The notes below the pieces were generated by a model. The model did not search any database, was not told the DNA's origin, and saw nothing but the letters and a program-made list of their open reading frames with translations. From Gnetum montanum (lineage: Eukaryota; Plantae; Gnetophyta), in contig MNCI01001762.1 of NCBI GenBank assembly GCA_015680685.1, positions 89,993 to 153,992 on the forward strand: a DNA stretch of 64,000 bases, given 5' to 3'. The position numbers and the translations under genes are program-made. Of this stretch, positions 14,291 to 25,829 are shown piece after piece; the first letter of the stretch is position 1, and each line of letters begins with the position of its first letter.

Positions 14291-15530
14291 GTATTAGTGT
14301 TTCATCAAAAATTTGTTAAGAATTTCTAAGTCATTAGTAGAGCTAATAAAAAAGGATGCATCCTTCAATTGTACCAAGGAATGCAAGCTAGGATTCTAAT
14401 AGTTAAAATAAAAGCTCATAGAGACTCCCATTCTATGCGGTCCAAATTAGTTCAAACCCTTCCACATCATGATAGATGTATCCAATTATGCATTGGAGGT
14501 ACTGCTTACATAATTAATGATAAAAAATGTTCTTATTACATCCATTATGCAAGAAAAAGCATTGTGGAGGCATGGTTGAATTACACTACCACCGAAAAGG
14601 AGCTTATGGTAGTGGTATACACCTTAGAGAAATTTAGGAATTATGTACTTGGATATCAGATCTTTATACACATAGAACATAGTTCCATCAGGTTCCTAAT
14701 GAATAATAAGCTAGTGGTGAACCCCCATGCTATACAGTGGCTAGTGATTCTATAGGAGTTTGATCTTACGATGATGGATAGAAAGAAAATCAAGAATGTG
14801 ATCACTGATCACGTATCTCAGTTACGATGGGACAAAAAAGAGGATAAGGAAACTTTATTTGATCAATTTCCAAGTGAACTCCTCTTTAGAAAAGTTATTG
14901 AGGTTCAAGGTCCTAATGGTTTTAATTGGTATAATGAATTCCTCTCTTATATGCTCACCTAGAAGACTCCTTTAGAATGGGACAACAAGAAGAAACAATA
15001 GTTTCTTCTTCAAGTTATGCATTACATGAAGATCAAAGGTATGCTTTACAAGGTTTGTATCTATGACTTGGTATGATGTTGTGTGCTCAATGTTGATCAA
15101 TTACAGATCCTCTAGGATGCTCATGAAGGTTCCTACAGGGCCATTATGCATGGAGAAGGACTGCTGTGAAAATCTTCATGGAAGGATACTTTTGGTTGAA
15201 AATATTCAAGGATCATCATCATTTTTCCTATTCATGTGAGCACTACTAAAGAGATGGAGGAATAATCGTATGAATGGAGGGGACCTAGCAGTGGATCCAA
15301 CCACTAGATTCTTTTGACCTTTTGGGTATTAACTTCATGGGATCCATCAATCCCATGTCCAATGGGAAGGCATATAGTATTGTAATGATTGACTACTACA
15401 CCAAGTTGGTTGAAGCTATAGCTATCATTGACTATTCATCCTTCACTATAGTATAGTTTGTTCAATAGAATGTGGTAAACAAGTTTGGTATAACTAGGAG
15501 ACTTATTTTATATTAATGGAATTCAGTTTA
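14291..15530 (+). pseudogene. pol: Athila-like RNase H-integrase fragment (probably the continuation of copy 2)
   Basis: Collinear with 3825-4810: NYTTTEKELMVVVYTLEKFRNYVLG, AHEGSY, GYFWLKIFKD, integrase core FDLLGINFMGSINP..DYYTKLVEA. Confidence 0.85.
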
Positions 15531-15589
15531 TATGTGCTACTTGAAACACTGATGTTGAAATTTGTGTTTCAATATCAAATTAAATTTAA

Positions 15590-18300
15590 GTTCAAGAAAG
15601 ATATGGATAAGATTAAAATGTAAATAGATTCTAGAGTTGTCAAGTATAGGTTTTTAATCCCTAGAATAGATGAAATTTTTTCTATACTTACTAATGTTGA
15701 AATTCTCTTCAAGATTAACTTTGTATTAAATCATGAGGTGAATGAAAATTAACCTTTGAGACATTAGATGATTTTTATGAATGGTTAGTCATGCCTTTTG
15801 AACTAACTAATGTTCTAGGAACATTCATGATGCTTATGCATGAGGTTTTGATGGATCTTATTGGAAAATGTTGCATTATTTTCTTTGATGACATTCTTGT
15901 TAGTAGTTCCAATAAGAAGGAATATGTGACACTTGAGATTGATACAATTAAAGTTACATGAGGTCAAATTGGTAAACAATGGCTAGTAATGTCATTTTAT
16001 GAAGAAGGAAATTTTCTACTTAGGTCATGTTGTTTCCAAAACCCAAGTCAACATGGATCCAAGTAAAGATGAAGGCAAGCAATGATTGACCTTGACATAA
16101 AGATGTGTAAGAGGTAATATATTTTCATAGTTTGGCTAGGTTTTCTAGAAGATTTATTATAAATTTTAGTTCTATTACATGTTCTATGCTTTCTTGTTTG
16201 AAGAAGAATTTAGAATTTGTATGAGACGAAGAAAAGGAAAAGTCAATTAAAGCCTTGAAAGTAAAAATTCACAATGTTTTAGTATTGGATATTCCATATT
16301 TTTCTCATATTTTTGAAGTGGAGATGGATGCAAGTGACTTGTATTTTAAGGGGTGATATCCCAAAAAGGTATCATTACATTTTTCTTTAAAAAATTGAAT
16401 GAATCAATTCAAATGTATTGGTTCTATGAAAAAATTTGTACACTATAATTTAGGTCTTAAAATATTAGAGATATTATTTGTTGGAAAGTAAATTTTTGTT
16501 ATTGAATGATCACATGCAATTGCAATTCCTAAATTTATAAAAGAAGTTGAGTTCTAATCATATGAAATGGTTGAAGCATCTTCAACAATTTCACTTTATG
16601 CTAAAACATAGAAATAAAAAAAAGTAATATAGTGGTAGATGCTCTTTCAAGAATCTATATTGTGAATTATTCATATGCTCAAGTAGAAGGACTTCAGTCC
16701 TTGACTTCTTTGTACTTTCATGATGCTAATTTTGGAGACTTTTGGAAAGACCTTAATTCTCCATTGCATGGTAGAGTGAATAGGTGGAGGAAATATCATG
16801 TACAAGAGGGCATCATCTTCATATGGCAAAGTGTGATTTCAAGTTAATAATTTTGAATGAAAAGCATAATTATAATATGGTTAGATACATGGGTAAGAAA
16901 AAAGATATATGAGCTTATGAAGTAGAGGTATTATTGATTAGGTAAGAGAAATGAGATAAATAAATTTGTTAAAGAGTTTCTTTTTTGCCAAAAACTCAAT
17001 GTAGGTAAGGGTATTTTTGAATATTATTTACCTATGCCAATTCCTAACACTTCATGGAAAAGTGTCCTTATGGATTTTATTTTTGGAATTCATAAGACAT
17101 AAGCTGATCATGATTCTATTTTTGTTGTTGTTGATAGATTCACTAAAATGGTCCATTTTATTCCTTGTAATAGAAGTAATGATGCATCTCATGTTGCATA
17201 GTTGTATTTCCAAAATATTATAAGCTGACATGGTCCCTCATTGAATATTGTAGGTGATAGAGATGTTAAATTTACAAGTCATTTATGAAGACCATTGTGA
17301 AAATTTTTTTGATACAAAATTATCCTTTTCTAGTGCCTATCATCCACAAATTAATGACCAAACTAAAGTTGTAAATAAATCATTACTCAAAATTTTAAAG
17401 TGTCTATGAGGATTAGACTAATAGATAGAAAAACATATTTTAACATGCTAAGTTTATTTATAATAGTTCTTATCATTCTATGATTGGAAAAGGTCCATTT
17501 AAGGTAAACTATGGTTATGATCCTAGGACGATAGATGATTGAAGAAAATTTGATGATTGTGCTTATGTTAGTTTAGATTTTGTAAAATGCATGTAAGACT
17601 TGCATAAGTAGTTAAAGAAAAAACTTGAAGGCCAGGCAAAATAAGTTGCTGCTACCAAGAACTTGAAAAAGAAGAAGGTGAAATTTAATGTTGGTGATTA
17701 TGTATGGCTTCATTTTGGCAAGGAAGGAATGAATAATGTAAACTTCTACAAGATTAAGTTCAAGAAGTTTGATCCATTTCAAATTAGAAACAAATGAATC
17801 ATAATGCTTATGAGTTTGATTTTTCTAATGATTTTTCATTTTCTTATGTCTTGAATGTTTCAAATTTGAATCATTTCCATGAAAAAGTGCTTACACATGG
17901 TGTTGGAATCCAAAATAAGGAAAACATAGATACACTCTAAGATATATAGTCTAATTAAAACTTTATATAACTCAGCATTGCATACTAGAATTGAATCCAT
18001 TACTTGAAGCTTCCAAATCAAGTGTCTTACTACTAGGCTAACACCTCATTATTCAAAGTGCTTACATATGACTTAGAGAATAGTCTTGAGATCCTTAAAG
18101 ATGAACTTGAAGATTAAAACTCATCCAAGTTATGAAGGAAAGAATTTATGTTGCAAGTAAGAGAAACTAAAAGTATAAGGAGTTGAAAGATGCATGAGTA
18201 CTTGATGCATTAGAATGATGAAGAACCTAAAAATGCAATTTGGGTTCATGGGAAATATTTGGCTTTATGGGGGATTAATGTTGTGCCAAGTGTACAACCA
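15590..18300 (+). pseudogene. pol: Decayed RT-RNase H-integrase-chromodomain of CRM-like copy 2
   Basis: Second copy of RT KKD..IDSR..KYRFLIPRID, FFDDILV near 15880, [48 protein letters not shown], and a C-terminal KMHEYLMH*NDEEPKNAIWV. Confidence 0.85.
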
Positions 18301-18324
18301 ACTTAAAAAAAATGTTTCAATCTT

Positions 18325-18610
18325 AATCACCCAACCCATGTGTCATTCTTAGTGGAACATTTTATGTGTTTCTTGTTGTTTATGAGTGTTTTGTATTTTT
18401 TTATATTTCTTTATGTTTTTTCTTGATGTTTTGACATGTTTGGAGATGTTTTGAGCATATTTTAATTAGTTTAGAGGATTCTAGGATTAATGGGAACATG
18501 TTTAAAGGTGTTCATATATTCCAAATCTTAAAATGAGCATCCTTAGTTTTGGCCTTGCTAGAATAGGGATCTCCTTCCAAGATAAGTTACCTTGTCTAGA
18601 GTATAGAAGT
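18325..18610 (+). repeat. 3' LTR of CRM-like copy 2, left part (split by the Tekay insertion)
   Basis: Aligns by eye with 10750-11010 (TTTATGTGTT..TTGACATGTTT..TTTTGGCCTTG). Confidence 0.7.
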
Positions 18611-19124
18611 TGTAACATCCCATTCTCAGATGTCGTAAAAACATGTTTGTTTGTCACTTAATTCTTCACATCTAAAGCATTCATAAGCATTATAATAGAA
18701 ACATCATAAAATACTTGATAAATGAATTAATTGGTAAATGAATAACTAGTGCTCAAAATAGAAAAGAAAAAGAAAAAAATTTATTAATAAAGAAAGTATT
18801 GTAATGCCCTCTAGGTTATCTTCTCATGCCACTTAAGCCTTAGAGGTAATCCAACACTACCACGATGGTTAGGCTATCTAGCCAAAGGGGTAATCAGTCC
18901 CTTCTTGTCCTGCTTCACTTGGTTCCCGTTACTTGCCTTTTTTCAGGCTTCACAACTCCATGCTGGCATGACCTCCAAACCCAGCCTTAAATGGTATAGG
19001 CCAAACCCATTCCCGAGGGATACATGAATAGTTGTAACTCCTCATAATGAGGCACCCCTTCATTTGAAGGTTAATTACATTTTTACAATATGTTTCTATC
19101 CTTAACAAAGGATGAGACATTACA
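18611..19124 (-). repeat. 3' LTR of Tekay element
   Basis: TGTAACATCC..GAGACATTACA; 16 mismatches to 28204-28719 in the first 120 bp, mostly transitions. Confidence 0.93.
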
Positions 19125-19140
19125 ATCTACCCTCATTAAG
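19125..19140 (-). promoter_or_regulatory. Polypurine tract of Tekay element (decayed)
   Basis: Minus strand reads CTTAATGAGGGTAGAT immediately before the 3' LTR TG. Confidence 0.6.
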
Positions 19141-19326
19141 CATCCAACTCATCTTCAAGCGCTTCCTCTATATCTAGTTTTTTAGCTACTACTTCTTCAT
19201 TATGCTCCTCAACTTCAGCTTCCTTATTATTCTTATTACCATCTACATAAACAAAAGACTATAAATTATAAAATATAATTTATTACATCATTAATAAACA
19301 CAATTTATAATTTAATATCATGATGA

Positions 19327-22300
19327 TCATTGAACAAGTAGTTTGCTAATAGTTTTATTTTGTAGCTTCTTAGTTTGATGGTTCTTAATTGTAATGGGTT
19401 TAACTTCAAAGCTGACGTTGGATTGCAAGGGCAAAGTATTCCAATATAGCACATATGGCACATCATTTGCATGAAATTTCTTTAGCAAACTTACATGGAA
19501 AATTGGGAGAATTCTTAAGGTTACTAAAAGATTTAACCAATATGCCCCTTCATCAATTCTTTTAGAAATTTCAAAGGGTCCATAATATCTAGGTTCCAAT
19601 TTAGTATATTTTCCAAGTTTAAGAGAGCTTTTGGTAGGTTTTACTCTTAGTAGTACTTGGACTTCCACTTGGAATTCTTTCTTAAGCTAATGTTGATCTG
19701 CATATCACTTATATTTATCTTGGGTAGCTTGTGAATTTTGTTTAACTCTTGTGATAATATTTTTCATTATTTTTATTTCTTCTTCCTTCCATTCCATTCT
19801 TAAGGTTGGATTTACCTAAGTTAGTGGTGTACAGCAGTTACATCCATATACTACTTTGAATGATGTTCAATACATGAAACCTTGATAATTATTGCTATAG
19901 GAAAATTCTACCAAGCATAAGTAATTTTTTCACATTTTCAATCTACTTTCAACATAGCTTTGTAGAATATCTTCTAATATTCTATTCACACATTTAGTTT
20001 TCCCATCGATCTCTAGATGGTAAGTTATGCTAAATTTCAATTGGGTTCCAAGCTCTTTGAAGAAAGTTTGTCAAAATTCACATATGAACTTGGGATCTCG
20101 GTCCAAGGTGATCGATTTTGGACAATCATGCAATCAAAATACTTCTCATATGAATTTTTGGACTACTTCTTCAGCTATGTTTATAGATTTTAAAGCTATA
20201 AAATGTGCCATGTTTGATAGATGGTCAACCACTACCAAAATCAAGTCTTTTCCCTTTTTGGTTATTATCAATCCCACAATGAAATCCATGGTAACATCTT
20301 CCCATTTCTAGGTTGGGACTTCTAGAGGTTGTAATAATCCACTAGGTTTCTTTTGTTCAGATTTGATTCATTGGCATGCTATGAAATTTTTAATGTACGA
20401 GGACACATCATTCTTCATTGTAGGCCAAAAATAATATTTACGTAACATCATATAAGTCTTAATATAACTAAGGTTTCCTATATATGATACTTCATGTGCT
20501 TCACACAAAAACCTTAGTCTCCAATTTCCTTCTAGAATGCACACTCTTTGTCCTTTCATCAATAAATCATTAGAAAAAATTGATATTAAGGCTTAGAGGA
20601 AATATTGGTTAAAATCTTCTTGAAATAAAGATATTCTTTTATTTGATCCTTAATTTCTTATTCCATAGGGGTCATTACCACACCTATCATCAAGTTTCAC
20701 ATTCGACTAAGAGCATTAGCTACCACATTTTGTTTATTGGGAATATATTTGATTTCAAAATTTTATTCATCCAATAATTCTACCCATTATTATTGACGAG
20801 TGTTCAAAATATATTGTCTCTACAAATATTCTAAACTTTTATGATCTATTTTTAGTACAAACCTTTTTTCATAAAGATAATGTCTCCAAACTTTCAGAGC
20901 ATGAACAATTACTAGTAATTCTAAATCATGGGTTGACTAATTTACCTTAGCTTCTCATAATTTATGACATTCATAACATTACACTTTATCTTCTTGTGAA
21001 AGAACTACACTGATTTCTATTCCATAGGCATCCATGGGTACTTTAAATGGTAATTCTTCATTCAGAATTCTCAAAATAGGTGTTGTTGTGAGTAGCATCT
21101 TTAATTTGAGGAAAGCTTTCCTATAGTTTTCATCAAACTTGAACACATGCTTTTCCTATAAAAGGTCAATCAAGGGGACTACTAAAGTAGACTAATCTCT
21201 AACAAAACATTGGTAAAAACTTGCTAAGACCAAAAAACTCTGAACCACTATAGCATCTTTTAGTTCAGGCTAGTCTTGAATTGCACTAACCTTTACTAGA
21301 TCTACTTGTAATCCTTTCTTACAAACTATATGACCCAAATAAGAGACTTCTTCTTTAAAGAGCTCACATTTACTTAATTTAGCATTAAGTAATGCTCCTT
21401 AAGAATTTTCATTATAATTTTCAAATGTTTGACATGTTCTTCTCTTGACTTAGAATAAACAAGTATATCATCAATAAATATTATAACAAAGTGATCAAGA
21501 TATTCATGAAAAATATTATTCATTGATGTCATGAATGTTGCAGGTGCATTAGTTCATCCAAATGGCCTCACAACAAATTCATATAATTCATACCTAGTTC
21601 TAAAAGTAGTTTTCTCAATATCTTTCTCTTTAATCCTTATTTGGTGATAACCTGATTTTAAATCAATCTTTGAAAAATAACATTCCCTTGTAAGTTGGTC
21701 AAACAAATCATTAATTCTAGGTTAAGGATAAGTATTTTTAATAATCACTTTTTTTAATGCCCTATAATCGATGTATAATCTTAATGTACCATCTTTCTTT
21801 TTAATGAATAAGACTAGTGCATTCCAAGGTGGTATGCTAGATCAAATTTTTCCTTCTTCCAATAATTGATCTAATTGTACTTTCAATTCTCTTAATTCAG
21901 AAGTGGAAAATCTATACAGGGCTTTTGAAATAGGTTGTGTACTAGGAAAAATATCAATAGCATGCTTGACAATTCTTTTTCAAGGCAGTTCTCTAGTTTT
22001 ACCAAATACTAAATTTTTATATTCCTCAAGTTCTTTTGGAATCTCAATATATGAAGATTTCTAAGGTTGAGTTACTTTGACAATCAACATCATAACACCC
22101 TTTTTAACTAATCTTTTGGCTTTTTTGATGATTATCATAAGAATTTATTTTGTTGTTCCTACCCTACTTAGAACCTTGACTCCATTAATGGTTGGAAATT
22201 TTAAAATACGAGTGCCAAAGTGGGTAGTAATATCAAATTTTTTTAGGGAAAACATTCCTAAAATTGCATCAACATCACCTAGTTTAAATTTAAAGAATTC

Positions 22301-23827
22301 ATCAACAAAAGACATGTCTTACAAAGTGAAGTTAATTTCTTCATACTTGGTGTGCTTACTCATTATAGTTCCATCCATAGGTTATATCTTAATAATTTTC
22401 TTGAAATATAAACTTAATTTCAATAAATTAATTAACTTTGAAGAAATAAAGTTATCACTAGCACCACTATCAATCAAAAATTTTATTTATTTACCTTTAA
22501 TTGAACCTTCAAAAATCAATAAAGCAAATTAAAATTTATGTAAACCTGATTTAGTTGATGTAGATATCTTCTTCAAGACTATGGTGGTGGTTTGGATTTT
22601 TCCTTTGTTCATGTTTGGGTTGGGTTTTTGATTCTTGATTTGATTGGTCCTTTGTACCTTTGCTCATAGTTTTGGACAATCTCATTTGAAATAATCTTCA
22701 CCACAAACAAAACATCCTATCTCTGATTGAGCTCTTTTGGTTGGTGTTTCTTCTACCATTTCTTGTTAAAGGATAGCTCGTATCTAATTCAATTCTTCAT
22801 AATCCTTATTAATTCTATAGGCTTCATCAATTTCTTGAGGATTATGTGCTCATGTCTAGGGACATAGTTATGCATGTAATGCACCAATGAGCTTTGAAGC
22901 TAATTGTCCCTCATCCAAGTGGCTTACATATCGAGAGAGATAACAAAATTCCTTGTAGTAATCTTCTATAGATCATCTTCCTAATCTTAAGGAATCAAAT
23001 CTCATTTTGCACTCTTTAAGAAAAGAATTGGGTACAAATTTTTGTTCAAACTCTTGATAAAAGTTAAACTAATTTGTAATCAAACCTTAAGATCTCAATC
23101 CATTCTACCATGTTTCCATAAGCCCTCTTAAATATAGGGAGATGACTTCTAAACATTCTTGAATTAACAGATTCAAGATATCAAAATAAATTTTCATTCT
23201 ATCAAGCTAGTCTTTTGCCTTGGCACTGGATCCAGGGGCTCCATCATAATGATCTAATTTTACCCTCTTGGCATGAACTTGTGTTAGTGATTCTCTGGGT
23301 ATATTATGCCAATTCTTGTGTCCTTCAATTTTGGTTTCTACTCTTTGACCTAAAGAAGGGATATTAGTATCTTGGTGACCAGTAGGTGGGGGTTGGTTTC
23401 AGTGTAAGTCCCTAAGGAAAAGTTCATCTCTAAGTGAAATGTGGCTAGGATTTGAAGGTTTAGTGAGATGGTCAGTTAATTGTTTGATGGAGCCTGCTAA
23501 GGAATCCATCTTTCCTTGCACATCTAACCATTTATTGTTTGAACTTTTAGATAATTTCCTAATTTCTTTAGACATATTCTACATATCTATTTTGAAACCT
23601 TGATTTGACTGACAAAACTCTTCTTAAACGCCCCTGATCTCATTAATTTGAACCTTAAGAGTATTCATCTGGTCATTGACTTGGATCTCCACTGCTCTCT
23701 AATGTACTCTTTAGGTTTTGAACATTGATAGGTTGAAGAAATTAGACATGTTAGAAATCCTTGGTCTCAATGGCCCTTTTTATGGTTCTTAAAATAGTTA
23801 ATCGGTTGAAGAAGTTGAAGTTTTCAT
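19327..23827 (-). pseudogene. gag-pol: Decayed gag-pol of Tekay element
   Basis: Knuckle GCFVCGEDYFK*DCP; protease FLIDSGASDNFIS; [38 protein letters not shown]; RNase [21 protein letters not shown]; integrase SGLLQPLEVP, KLEPRYYGPFEI, PIFHVSLLKK; start of a chromodomain EVKPITI..LLVQ. Confidence 0.92.
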
Positions 23828-24040
23828 GGACTTCTACCCAACCACCGAATCCTAATTATTTTGGAACTTTAAATAATGTATTAAAAGGTAATTTTCTATC
23901 ACCTAGAAGCTAAATTTGACTATTCCATTTGATCTAGAAGGTCCAATTCTATGTGAATTATTTTTCGTTTGGTTGAAAATGGACTCCAAATTCCAAAGTT
24001 GTGGCCTTTTTAAGTTTGTAAAAACTTATGTGATTTTCGA

Positions 24041-24106
24041 GACTTCCCGAGAGGTCACCCATCCTAGTTCTACTATAGATCTAGCATGCTTAATTATAGA
24101 ATTTTT
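24041..24106 (-). promoter_or_regulatory. 5S rRNA-derived fragment spanning the Pol III internal control region (box A / IE / box C)
   Basis: GACTTCCCGAGAGGTCACCCATCCTAGTTCTACTATAGATCTAGCATGCTTAATTATAGAATT matches the reverse complement of plant 5S rRNA (GACTTCCCAGGAGGTCACCCATCCTAGTACTACTCTCGCCCAAGCACGCTTAACTGCGGAGTT). The 5S ends are absent. Confidence 0.85.
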
Positions 24107-24464
24107 ATTCTTGTTATTACCAAAGCACAAAAATCAAATTTTACAAATTATTTTGTGCACTTTTGATTTAAACCAACATGTTGATGATAGAAATTTTGAA
24201 TTTCCCATCAGTTGACAAAAATTTCAAAATTTCTGTCAATTGTCAAAAAATTTCAAATTTCCTATTGATTGATGAAAAAATTATTCAATCACCAAAGGTA
24301 GGGGTAGCTACTCAATAGGGACAACAATGAGGTAGGAAATGTGCATGAGGGCATCAGTAGGCAAGGCAAGAAGGTGCACAAAGGTAGTGGCTGGAAAAAG
24401 TGCACGTTGACAATGATGGCATGAAGTTAATAGGGAAGGGGATTATGCTAGTTGGTGTAGCGCA

Positions 24465-24585
24465 GGCCTATGCTGCCCCTTTCTAGGACTCATGAAACCC
24501 TCCTTATGACCTACATGGCCCTTTCTAGGGCCTACATAGCCCTTCATAGGGCTCACATGATCCTTTTCAAGGCCTATGTGGCCCA
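24465..24585. repeat. Degenerate 21-bp tandem repeat (about 6 units)
   Basis: Units such as GACCTACATGGCCCTTTCTAG, GGCCTACATAGCCCTTCATAG, GGCTCACATGATCCTTTTCAA. Confidence 0.7.
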
Positions 24586-24770
24586 AAACGGGGTTCATGC
24601 AGCTAATGTTTGGATGGCACAGCTCAAGCGAGGCCTATGTGACCTAAACATGTGTCTATGTGGCCCTGGCAAGGGCCAGCATAGCCCACCAAGGAGGTAG
24701 TGCTATGCGTAATTTTTGGGGTTCTGGCGTAGAAAAACGGTCATTATCAGCAGCACTAGAGTGCAATAGA

Positions 24771-24935
24771 GGATGCCTGTAATCCATGATGCTAGGAATG
24801 CCTATAATCTCTAGGACTAAGAGGTGCCTATAATCTGCAGCACCAAGGATGCCTATAACTGGTAGCTTTGTTATAGCACCACAAGTGCCTGTAATCGGTG
24901 GCATCGTTAAAGCACCAAGGATGCCTATAATCCAT
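24771..24935. repeat. Array of six TGCCTRTAA(T)C motifs, spacing 25-36 bp
   Basis: Copies at about 24774, 24799, 24825, 24850, 24886 and 24922. Confidence 0.8.
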
Positions 24936-25704
24936 GGTGTAGGGGGGACAATGCAACTACGGCAATGTGGTAGAGGTAGTAGTGAGATGCATAGCAATGG
25001 AGGCCAACGAACGATGTAGTAGGCAATGCTAATGGCAAGTTGGGAGGTAGTGGGTGGTAGTAAAGCATGACACGGGGGCAATAGAGCATGGTGTGATGAC
25101 AATGGAGCATGGCGATAATCAACAGGTGGCAGTAGGTAGGTACCAGATGCATGGTAGCAAGTGACTGGCAACTGGCAGTTGGTGGTTGGTGAGTGATGGC
25201 TAGTGGCTAGTGATTGGTGACTAGCAACTAGTGGCTAGCCTTGGGCCACCACTAGTGGGGCCAATGCTGTTGCTGGTAGATATGGTCACCCTGGCACTTG
25301 AACATGAACCATATACAGTTAGGAGCAAAGGTTCCTTTTCTTAAGAAAATTTTATTATTATTATATTTTTTAATTAAAAAAAATAATTGGGCTCGGGGTT
25401 GAACCCACAACCTCTTACTTCTTTTACAAATTAAATTTAAAATTTTTTAAAAAACATTTTTTTAGTTTTAAAGTACACGTAACCCAAGAAATGCCATATC
25501 TCCTAATTTGTAAGTTAGATTTTGATAAAATTGATAACGTTGGAATCATCTTGAAGAGCACTATGCATTGAGCAAAAGATAATGCTATTTTGGTTGACCT
25601 AGTAATTATAAAATTACAAAAATTGGACATTGGCCCTACTTAATTATTAATTAACTTAAGTTGATACTTCCTCTTTACTCTTACTAAGATTCTTGTTGTT
25701 CTTT

Positions 25705-25712
25705 TATAAATA
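25705..25712 (+). promoter_or_regulatory. Putative TATA box of the antisense accessory gene
   Basis: TATAAATA about 120 bp upstream of the ATG at 25830. Confidence 0.45.
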
Positions 25713-25829
25713 CATGGAAGAAGTCTTTGCCCATCATAGCACAATATTGGAAAAATATTGGAGGATTTAATCAATGGAGAAGATTGAAAATTTCTACTAG
25801 CAATGCAAAGGATTTTAACCATCAAAATC

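Noticed and set aside
24041-24106. Functional 5S rRNA gene
   Set aside because: Only about 65 of about 120 nt are present, both ends are missing, and it is not in an rDNA array.
24656-25171. 171-aa minus-strand ORF as a real gene
   Set aside because: It lies in the GC-rich minisatellite block where stops are rare, and the translation simply mirrors the repeats.
25389-25420. tRNA gene
   Set aside because: Only a T-arm/B-box-like piece; no cloverleaf can be built.
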